Positions 1 to 9,100 of a stretch of DNA of 64,000 bases are shown here, piece by piece. The notes beneath the pieces were generated by a model. The model worked only from the letters and a program-made list of their open reading frames with translations, was not told where the DNA came from and ran no database searches. The position numbers were made by a program, and so were the translations under genes. Within the stretch, counting starts at the first letter, position 1, and each line of letters starts with the position of its first letter. Source of the stretch: Bacteroidota bacterium (GTDB lineage: Bacteria; Bacteroidota; Bacteroidia; Bacteroidales; Lentimicrobiaceae); contig WSXX01000023.1 in the NCBI GenBank assembly GCA_009773515.1, forward strand, positions 3,971-67,970. Direction: 5' to 3'.

Positions 1-2
1 CC

Positions 3-803
3 AAAAAACTGGCAAGCTATGCCGATTGCTATGTAAATGATGCCTTCGGAACAGCGCACCGTGCACACGCTTCAACTGCATTGGTGGCTGCATACTTCCC
101 TGATGACAAATTATTTGGTTATCTGATGAATGCCGAGGTAAGCAGCCTGAACAAGGTGCTGAAGGAAGGCAAAAAACCTTTCACCGCTGTGTTGGGTGGA
201 GCCAAAGTTTCAGGCAAAATCCAAATCATTGATCATTTGCTCGACAAGGTTGACAACTTGATTATAGGTGGTGGGATGATGTTTACATTCATCAAAGCCA
301 TGGGTGGAAAAATCGGCAACTCGCTGGTTGAAGAAGATCTGCTCGAACTGGCGCTCAACACCCTCGAAGGTGCAAAATTACACGGAGTGAATATTATACT
401 TCCGGTCGATGCAATAGCAGCCAATGGTTTTGCCAACGATGCCGATACCAAACTGGTTAAAGCCGGTGAAATTCCTGAAGGCTGGATGGGTCTTGATATC
501 GGACCTGAATCTGTTGCTTTGTTTGATAAAGTACTGATGAACTCACAAACCATATTGTGGAACGGACCAATGGGCGTTTTTGAAATGCCAAGCTTTGCTG
601 AAGGCACCATTCAGGTTGCCAAATCCATTGCCAATGCAACCCAAAAGGGAGCATTTTCGCTTGTTGGCGGAGGAGACTCTGTTGCTGCCGTCAACAAGTT
701 TAAACTTGCTGATAAAGTCAGCTACGTAAGCACTGGCGGAGGCGCTATGCTGGAGTCAATCGAAGGTAAAGTCTTACCGGGTGTAGCTGCAATCGAAGCA
801 TAA
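3..803 (+). CDS. pgk: Phosphoglycerate kinase, 5'-truncated by the window edge
   Basis: Frame is open from base 3: [48 protein letters not shown] are PGK motifs. Confidence 0.96.
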   Translation, partial: KKLASYADCYVNDAFGTAHRAHASTALVAAYFPDDKLFGYLMNAEVSSLNKVLKEGKKPFTAVLGGAKVSGKIQIIDHLLDKVDNLIIGGGMMFTFIKAMGGKIGNSLVEEDLLELALNTLEGAKLHGVNIILPVDAIAANGFANDADTKLVKAGEIPEGWMGLDIGPESVALFDKVLMNSQTILWNGPMGVFEMPSFAEGTIQVAKSIANATQKGAFSLVGGGDSVAAVNKFKLADKVSYVSTGGGAMLESIEGKVLPGVAAIEA

Positions 804-864
804 GATTGCTTAGTATTTGCCTGGTTAAAAAAAAGGCAAAACTGAATATTATTGGAATTCTTTT

Positions 865-895
865 AAAACCTCTGTGCATTTGTGCAGAGGTTTTT
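865..895 (+). terminator. Rho-independent terminator after pgk
   Basis: AAAACCTCTG..TGCA / TGCAGAGGTTTTT stem followed by a T-tract. Confidence 0.6.
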
Positions 896-1037
896 AATTT
901 GCTGTCATTTTGCTCTGGCTATCTCTCAAGTCTGATTGGAAAATAAAAAGCCTGAAATCTTCACTTCACTTTTGTGTATCAGCATTAATTCTTGTAGGTT
1001 TGATCCGGAATTTGATTCCCTGAAAAAGCTGTAAATT

Positions 1038-3692
1038 ATGCGAATTCTCTTCGTTGCCCTATTGCTCACAATATCCGGCCTTCATGCCAGAAGTCAGGTT
1101 TACAAAAACCCGGAAGCTCCCATTGATTCAAGGGTAAACGATTTATTGAGCCGAATGACTATTGAAGAAAAATTCTGGCAACTCTTTATGCTTGTGGAAG
1201 ACTGGAGTCTTGATAAAAGCCGGTATTCAGAAGGAGCTTTTGGATTTGAAGGTGGTGTTGCTGCAGATAATGCAAACACAGCCGGCCAGATGATTCAGAT
1301 TGTAAGCGGCGAAAAAGCTGCTGAAATGGCCAAATTGATCAATCGGGCTCAAAAACATTTTATTGAAAACACCCGTTTGGGCATCCCGATTTTGCCGTTT
1401 GATGAAGCTTTACATGGACTTGTAAGGCCGGGAGCCACTGCATTTCCGCAATCCATTGGCCTGGCCGCAACTTTCGATACAGCGCTGATGCATAGCGTTG
1501 CCGCAGCCATTGCCATCGAAACAAAAAGTCGCGGAATAAGGCAGATTCTTTCGCCTGTAATAAATATTGCCGGCGATGTGCGCTGGGGCCGCGTAGAAGA
1601 AACCTATGGCGAAGATCCGTTTCTTGCTGCTGAAATGGGTGTTGCATTTATTTCGGAATTTGAAAAACGAAACATCATAGCCACCCCGAAACATTTTGTT
1701 TCAAACTATGGTTCGGGCGGGCGCGACAGCTATCCCATACATTACAACGAACGCTACCTCAGAGAAATTGAGCTACCTCCTTTTGAAGCTGCATTCAAAC
1801 GCGGTGGTGCCCGTTCGGTGATGACATCCTACAACTCACTGGATGGGAGCCCATGCACTGCCAACGACTGGCTGCTCAACCAATTGCTGAAAAATGAATG
1901 GGGTTTTACCGGATTTGTGATTTCAGATGCCGGAGCAACCGGTGGCGCCAATGTTTTGCATTTTACGGCTAAGGACTATCAGGAGTCAACCGAAAAATCA
2001 ATAAACAATGGGTTGGATGTGATATTTCAGACGGCTTTTGAACATTATCCACTTTTTATCGATGCTTTCAGTTCGGGAAAAATCCCAGCCGCTGTTATTG
2101 ACAGCGCTGTGGCCAGGGTTTTACGGGCAAAGTTTCAATTGGGACTTTTGGAAAATCCGTATGTTGATCCTGCTGAAGCTGAAAAAACCAATGGCTCTGC
2201 AAAACACCGTGAAATTGCAATTGAGGCAGCCCGAAAATCGATTGTTCTGCTGAAAAATCATAATAATATCCTGCCATTGAATTCAAATCTGAAATCCATT
2301 GCAGTTATTGGTCCGGATGCAATGGAAGCCCGTTTAGGCGGATATAGTGGTCCGGGGAACAATAAAATCTCAATTCTGGATGGCATTAAAACCCTGATTG
2401 GCGACAAAACTCAAATCCACTATGCCAGAGGATGTGAGCGGGAAGTTGTTCATTATCAAACTATTCCTTCAGCATATTTGACTACCGAAGAAAACGGGAA
2501 ACCGTTCTCAGGCTTGACTGGCTCCTATTTCAGCAACATCAACCTTTCCGGAAAGCCAGTCTTTGTCAGAACCGATAAGCAGATTAATTTTCAGTGGACC
2601 TTATTTTCTCCTGACTTTGAAAAGCTGAACTATGATTTCTATGGCGTTCGCTGGGAAGGGAAACTAAAAGCACCTGCATCGGGAAGTTTTAACTTAGGAA
2701 TTGAAGGAAATGATGGTTATAAACTTTATATCGACGGTGACTTACTGATCGACAACCAATTATTTACAGGGCACAATCTTAAAACAACAACTTTCAGTTT
2801 CACCGAAGGTCAGGAATACAACATCCGCATCGAATATGCCGAACCTACCGGCAATGCGTGGTTCAGGCTGGTTTGGGATTTCGGCATACCAGATCATTAC
2901 GAAAGTCAATTTAACGAAGCTATTGACCTTGCTTCTGAAAGTGATCTGATTGTAATGGTTGCCGGCATTAACGAAGGCGAATTTCAGGACAGGGCGCTGC
3001 TGAACCTTCCGGGAAATCAGGAAGAAATGATTCAAAAACTGTCTGAAACCGGAAAACCTTTAGTGATAGTTGTGGTTGGAGGAAGCGCTATTACCATGAA
3101 TAACTGGCTGGATAAAGTGGATGGGATAATATACGCCTGGTATCCGGGAGAAGCAGGTGGGCAGGCTGTAGCAGAAGTTTTGACCGGCAAATATAATCCG
3201 GCTGGACGGCTACCGATAACTTTTCCAATGCATGAAGGTCAACTACCATTGGTTTACAACAGCAAACCCACCGGCCGTGGCGATGATTACATCAACTTAA
3301 GCGGACAGCCACTTTTCCCTTTCGGATATGGGCTGAGTTACACAAGCTTTGCGTACCAAAATCTGACAATTTCAAAAGCAAATGAACCCGATTTGTTTAC
3401 GCTTAGTTTCAGCCTGACCAATTCCGGAAAAACAAAAGGCGAAGAGGTTGTACAGCTTTATATCCGTGATCTTTTTGCGTCGGTTGCCCGTCCAAAAACG
3501 GAACTAAAAGCATTTAAGCGCATCGGGTTAAAGCCGGGTGAAACAAAGCAGGTTGAATTTCAGATTACTCCTGAAATGTTACAGATGCTTGATATCAACC
3601 TGAAAAAAGTGGTGGAACCGGGCGATTTCAGGATTATGATCGGGGCTTCATCAAAAGACATAAGGCTGAATGGAACATTGAGGGTTGAGTGA
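1038..3692 (+). CDS. Secreted GH3 beta-glucosidase/xylosidase with PA14 insertion and C-terminal Fn3-like domain
   Basis: Signal peptide; RWGRVEETYGED, KHF and nucleophile region VISDAG; PA14-like GLTGSYFSN...INFQW; GEEVVQLY. Confidence 0.9.
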   Translation: MRILFVALLLTISGLHARSQVYKNPEAPIDSRVNDLLSRMTIEEKFWQLFMLVEDWSLDKSRYSEGAFGFEGGVAADNANTAGQMIQIVSGEKAAEMAKLINRAQKHFIENTRLGIPILPFDEALHGLVRPGATAFPQSIGLAATFDTALMHSVAAAIAIETKSRGIRQILSPVINIAGDVRWGRVEETYGEDPFLAAEMGVAFISEFEKRNIIATPKHFVSNYGSGGRDSYPIHYNERYLREIELPPFEAAFKRGGARSVMTSYNSLDGSPCTANDWLLNQLLKNEWGFTGFVISDAGATGGANVLHFTAKDYQESTEKSINNGLDVIFQTAFEHYPLFIDAFSSGKIPAAVIDSAVARVLRAKFQLGLLENPYVDPAEAEKTNGSAKHREIAIEAARKSIVLLKNHNNILPLNSNLKSIAVIGPDAMEARLGGYSGPGNNKISILDGIKTLIGDKTQIHYARGCEREVVHYQTIPSAYLTTEENGKPFSGLTGSYFSNINLSGKPVFVRTDKQINFQWTLFSPDFEKLNYDFYGVRWEGKLKAPASGSFNLGIEGNDGYKLYIDGDLLIDNQLFTGHNLKTTTFSFTEGQEYNIRIEYAEPTGNAWFRLVWDFGIPDHYESQFNEAIDLASESDLIVMVAGINEGEFQDRALLNLPGNQEEMIQKLSETGKPLVIVVVGGSAITMNNWLDKVDGIIYAWYPGEAGGQAVAEVLTGKYNPAGRLPITFPMHEGQLPLVYNSKPTGRGDDYINLSGQPLFPFGYGLSYTSFAYQNLTISKANEPDLFTLSFSLTNSGKTKGEEVVQLYIRDLFASVARPKTELKAFKRIGLKPGETKQVEFQITPEMLQMLDINLKKVVEPGDFRIMIGASSKDIRLNGTLRVE

Positions 3693-3758
3693 GGGGAAAA
3701 AGGCAAATAATTTTGTCGTATAGTTAAGGTCCCGGTTGGGAATACTAAAATTAAAAAA

Positions 3759-4075
3759 GTCCTTCGTTCCGATAGCTATCGGAACCGCTACCAATGACAG
3801 ATTGTTCGTTTTATCTCCTTAATCAGGATTACATTGATTTAAAAAATCAATTGTTTAGTCCTGCGACTCCGCTCAGGATGACATTGTAAATGATTGATTG
3901 TGAATGTATTAAAAATAAACAACGCTAACCTAACACGAATGTCACACTGAGCGAAGTCGAAGTGTTTTGACGCTTGATTTAACTGCCATCTCCGCATTAA
4001 GCTCAATTTTTTTTTGAGTGCAAACTCAGGATGACTGTCAGTCTGAGCGGTTCCGATAGCTATCGGAACGAAGAC
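3759..4075. repeat. Cluster of five REP-like units (BIME-like); two carry the palindrome GTTCCGATAGCTATCGGAAC
   Basis: Units matching TGTCANNCTGAGCGRAGTCGAAG(G/T/A) at 3759-3799(-), 3858-3883(-), 3940-3964(+), 4024-4035(partial -), 4036-4075(+); palindromes at 3766-3785 and 4050-4069. Confidence 0.85.
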
Positions 4076-4150
4076 AAATTTTCTTAACTAAACGGCATTA
4101 ATATTACCCTTAAATAATTTCGTGTAATTTTTGCCCGATTGCAACTAAAC

Positions 4151-5833
4151 TCATTCTCCTTTCCAATCACCGTTTTCTTTAATCAGTTCAACCAATGCTT
4201 CAACTGCTTCTGATTCCGGCACACCCCGTTTCACGGGCACTTTACCTTTGTAAAGATTTACCTTACCATTTCCTGCACCTACATAACCATAATCGGCGTC
4301 AGCCATTTCGCCTGGCCCATTTACAATACAACCCATTACACCAATTTTCAGACCTTTAAGATGACCCGTGCGGGCTTTCACTTGCTGAAGTGTTTCCTGA
4401 ATGTTGAAAAGCGTGCGTCCGCAGGATGGACAGGCAATAAATTCGGTCTTCGAAATTCTCATGCGTGTTGCCTGAAGCAATCCAAAACCAATCCGGATAG
4501 CATCTGATAATGGAACTTCAGTGGCATCCATACAAATTCCGCTTCCAATTCCGTCAATCAGCAGATTGCCAGGATTCAGGCTGTTTTCAAGCAACATTTC
4601 TTGCGTAGAATTACAAACAACCGGCGATTTGAGAATCAAAGGGTTTTTCAGCTCATTCTGAAATAATGCTTTGTCCAGCATTCTGAGTTTATCTGCGCCC
4701 GCTTCAGCCAGAATGACCATTGCCGGATTCGTGCTGAGTTGAGAAAGAAGACCATGAAGTTTATCGGCAATCATTGCTTCGTCAACATTAAGCATCTCAG
4801 AAATTAGAGGACTAACATTATTCTCTTCATCAGCAATAAAATATTGTCCGTTTTGACGAATCAACACGGCAACAGGATTTTTACCTCCGATAATCCCGCA
4901 GGCTGAGGTTTCTCTGCAGTAATCGGTTTCGCGGCTTACCAGAAGATCAGGGCGAATCATCCGAACTATTTCACCCTTTTCGTTTAACTGATGAAATCTA
5001 TCCGCAATAGCATTGGCAACCGGCAGTTCAAATTCAGGATCTTCGGTAAGCGAAACACGGATGGTATCTCCGATTCCGCGCGCAAGCAAAGCGCCAATTC
5101 CGGCAACTGACTTCAAACGACCATCTTCTCCATCGCCGGCTTCGGTAACGCCAAGGTGCAGAGGATAATTCAAACCCTCAGCCATAAGTTTTTCTGCAAG
5201 CATAAGATATGCCGAAACCATCACCCTGACATTGCTCGACTTCATCGACAAAACCAGGTTATGAAAACCTTGTTTGTGACAAATGCGGGTAAACTCCAGC
5301 GCTGACTGCACCATTCCTTCGGGAGTATCGCCATAGCGATCTACAATCCGCTGACTCAGCGAACCGTGATTTACGCCTATGCGGATTGCGGTTCCATATT
5401 CCTTACAAATGGAGAGAAGCGGAGCCAGGCTTTTCGAAATTTTCTCAAGCTCAGCTTCATATTCTGAATCTGAATAATTTAGTTTGGCTGAGTTTGGCCT
5501 GTCAACATAATTGCCGGGATTAATTCTGACTTTCTCCACAATTCCGGCAGCTATTTCAGCAGCTTCAGGGCTGTAATGGATATCTGCAATCAGTGGGACA
5601 TTATATTTAAGGGCTTTAAGCTGACCTTTAATCACCTGAAGATGTGCAGCTTCTTTTGGCCCCTGAGCGGTAATGCGAACCATTGCACTTCCGGCTTCTA
5701 TCATTCGTATTGCCTGATCAACCGTAGCCCTGGTATCCATGGTGAGGGTATTGGTCATGGATTGCAGGCAAATCGGATTGTTTCCTCCGATTTTAAGCAT
5801 ACCGATTTTTACTTCCAGAGAGTGATAGCGCAT
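4151..5833 (-). CDS. ispG: 4-hydroxy-3-methylbut-2-enyl diphosphate synthase, long Bacteroidota form
   Basis: QSMTNT, ADIHY, RINPGN, RIGVNHGSLS, HLGVTEAG, CPSCGRT, MGCIVNGPGE; start moved to the ATG of MRYHS (5833). Confidence 0.95.
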   Translation of the reverse strand: MRYHSLEVKIGMLKIGGNNPICLQSMTNTLTMDTRATVDQAIRMIEAGSAMVRITAQGPKEAAHLQVIKGQLKALKYNVPLIADIHYSPEAAEIAAGIVEKVRINPGNYVDRPNSAKLNYSDSEYEAELEKISKSLAPLLSICKEYGTAIRIGVNHGSLSQRIVDRYGDTPEGMVQSALEFTRICHKQGFHNLVLSMKSSNVRVMVSAYLMLAEKLMAEGLNYPLHLGVTEAGDGEDGRLKSVAGIGALLARGIGDTIRVSLTEDPEFELPVANAIADRFHQLNEKGEIVRMIRPDLLVSRETDYCRETSACGIIGGKNPVAVLIRQNGQYFIADEENNVSPLISEMLNVDEAMIADKLHGLLSQLSTNPAMVILAEAGADKLRMLDKALFQNELKNPLILKSPVVCNSTQEMLLENSLNPGNLLIDGIGSGICMDATEVPLSDAIRIGFGLLQATRMRISKTEFIACPSCGRTLFNIQETLQQVKARTGHLKGLKIGVMGCIVNGPGEMADADYGYVGAGNGKVNLYKGKVPVKRGVPESEAVEALVELIKENGDWKGE

Positions 5834-5951
5834 GTGATCGGGTTTTTCAGCTGAATTATAGCACAAAAGTAAGGTGTTTATCACTCTGACAATGACAGAT
5901 AATTCCTTTTATCGTGCATTTAGAATTACTTGGTTTAGAATTGATCGTTTT

Positions 5952-5989
5952 TTCCTTCGTTCCGATGGCCTATCGGAACGAAGTGTTTT
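5952..5989. repeat. Collapsed REP pair: two REP tails joined by a palindrome variant
   Basis: TCCTTCG-TTCCGATGGCCTATCGGAA-CGAAGTGTTTT; 12-bp stem with 5-nt loop; both tails match REP ends elsewhere in the window. Confidence 0.65.
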
Positions 5990-6155
5990 TGATTCAATTT
6001 CCCTCTGTCAACTCATATTTCCTGAATAATTTCCTGGTCAATTCAATTTTTGTTGCAGCAGGAAATAAAGAACATTTATTTTGTACATTAGCCAAATATA
6101 ACAGGTCTATCACTTATTTTGAAATTCATCTGCCTTATCCCCAAAAACCAGCACA

Positions 6156-9100
6156 ATGTCAGTAAAAAAAAACCGCACAGGCCAGATACTTATAATTCTT
6201 ACGGCCCTGATCTTTTCATGTTCAACACCCGGTTCCCTGAAATTAGAATCCACCAATTTTGAAGGCCAGATTGACCCGTTTCAAAATCTGGAATTCACTT
6301 TTAATCAGGACCTTGCCCCGGATTCGCTGATTGAAAAATGGGATACAACGGCTTACATAGCTTTTGAGCCATCAATAAACGGGCGGTATAAATGGGTCGC
6401 TCCCGCAAAACTGGTCTTTATTCCATCGGTTCCTTTTGCACCAAATACCGATTATCGGGCTGTTATAAATAAGGAAATCAGCCGGTTTGCGACAAAACCA
6501 CTGAAAGCAGAACAAGAAGAAATACTATTTCACACGCCCTACCTTACCATTGAGCGCACAAACGCTTACTGGGGTCTGAGCGAAGGAGATAAAAATCTGG
6601 TTCAACTCAGGATGAATGTAGTTTTTAACTACCCGGTTAACCGCGATGATATACGCAAATACCTGAACATCAAAATAAAAGATCAGACAAAAGGATTCGA
6701 TATAATTGAGGCAAGCAATTCCAATACCATTGAAATTGCAATTCCAACCACAAACAAAGATGATATAAATGGCGATCTGAATCTGTTGTTACTCAAAGGC
6801 ATGAAATGTATAGGATCAAGCAGGGCACTGCCCGAAGATCTGAATTTTAATGTTCCGGTTCCTCCCCGCGACCGCCTTGAAATCAGCGATGTAGCTACTG
6901 AGTTTCAGGATGGCGAAGGAATTATCTTTGTTTTTACCTCACAGCCTGTTGTAGAAAAAGGCCTGAAGAACCTCATAAAAATAGAACCGGAAGTCGATTT
7001 CACGGTTGTTACAATCGGAAACGGGTTTAAAGTTACAGGAGGTTTCGCCGACGGACAATCATACGACCTGAGCATCTCAGGAAAACTGAAAGGTATTTTT
7101 GGTCCTTCACTTGACAGCGACTTCAAACAAGCTGTGACCTTCGGAACCCTTCAGCCATACCTTGCCTTCAGCGATCAGAACAGCCTGTACCTTACTTCAC
7201 AAGGGTCACGAAATTTAGGGTTAAGTCTGATAAATATCCCAAAACTAAGAATTACAGTTTTCAAGGTATTCGAAAACAATATTCAGCACTACATGCGCAG
7301 CGGAAAAAGCTGGGACTGGCATTATGAAAATGATGAATACTACGATTCGTATGGATATAATCTTGATGAGAATTTCGGGAAGGTAATAAGTACCCGTGAA
7401 ATCGATACCCGTTCGCTACCCAAAAAAGGAAACCTTCGCCTGCTCAACCTTAAACCCGAAGAACTTGAGTTATCATCCGACATGAAAGGCATTTATCTTA
7501 TTAAAGCTGAATCAACTGAAAAACAATGGCTTAGTGACGTACAAATGGTTTCGGTTTCAGATATCGGGCTTATTGTGAAGCAAGGTGCAGACGAGGTATT
7601 GGTTGCAGCAAGATCCATTGCCACAGCTCAGCCCATTGAAGGTGTAAAAATCAGATTCTTCAGCCGCAGCAATCAGATGATTCACGAAGCAAGTACAGGA
7701 AGCGATGGAAATCTGATTTTCAAAGACATTAAAAAAACAGCGCCGGGTTTCGACATTTCAATGATTTCAGCAAGGAAAAACGAGGATTTCAATATACTGC
7801 TTTACGACAGATCCTCCATCGAAACCTCACGCTTTGATGTTGGCGGAAAACGCACTTCGGGACAAATTTATGATGTGTTTATCTATGGCGACAGAAACCT
7901 TTACCGCCCCGGTGATTCGGTGCATTGTAATGCCATCGTAAGAAGTTTTGCATGGGAAACAATTCGTGATATTCCGGTAAAATTCAGGGTAATCAGTCCC
8001 GATGGGAAAGATTTGCTGATCAGAAGAGCCCAACTTAATTCAAATGGTGCGGCTCAGCTGAATTTTGCACTTTCTGCATCCGCACTCACCGGCTCATATA
8101 TGGTTGAGGTACTTTCAGGCAACGATGTAATGCTGGGAAATTATCGCATCTCTGTAGAGGAATTTATGCCGGACCGCATTAAAGTGGAAGCAATTCCCGG
8201 CAAAACAACTTACAAGCCGGGTGAGATTCTTTCAGTGAATATCACTGCCAGCAACCTTTTCGGACCACCGGCCACCAACCGGAAAGTAGAAAACGAATTA
8301 AGAATCAGCCGTAAAGCATTCTATCCGAAAAAGTTCAGCGAATTCAACTTCTTTGTTAAAACGACATCTGAAATTTATTTCGAAAATCAGATAAGTGAAG
8401 GCATAACCGATGCCAATGGCAAGTTTCAGCAGGAGTTTGCACTTCCTGATTTTGAGCAGATCGGCCTATTGGATGCAAAAGTATTTACCACTGTTTTTGA
8501 CGAAACCGGCCGTGCTGTGAACCGTTTTTCGCAGGTTGAAGTTGTTACTCAGGATGTTATGCTGGGCATCAAACACTTGCCGGGATGGGTAAGTACCCGC
8601 AAACCTTTGTCGGTGAGCCTGATTGCCATCAACCGACAGGAAACTCCGGTAAAGGCAAAAGCAAGAATAGAGGTGGTTCATCTGAAATGGGAAACGGTGC
8701 TGGAACGCAATTATGGACGTACCAGTTATCGCTCACAAAAGAAAGAAAGTGTTGTAATGTCACGGGAAGTATCAATAGCCCAATCTGGTTATAGTTTTCA
8801 GTTCAGCCCCCCGACTTCAGGTGAATATGAAGTGAGAATAAGCAACGAAAAAAGTTCAAATTATGTTGTTTCCGGATTTTACGCTTATGGCTGGAGCGAT
8901 TTCGGGTCGTCAGCCTTTTTTGTAAACCGCGAAGGTGAAATTGGAATAGAAACAGATAAAACGCAATATAAACCGGGTGAACATGCAAATATTCTGTTTA
9001 AAACTCCCTTTGAAGGCGAATTGCTCGTTACTGTTGAACAGGACAGGGTACTTGAATATTACAGTTTGAAAGCTGATGCTTCAGGAGCAAGTATGAAACT

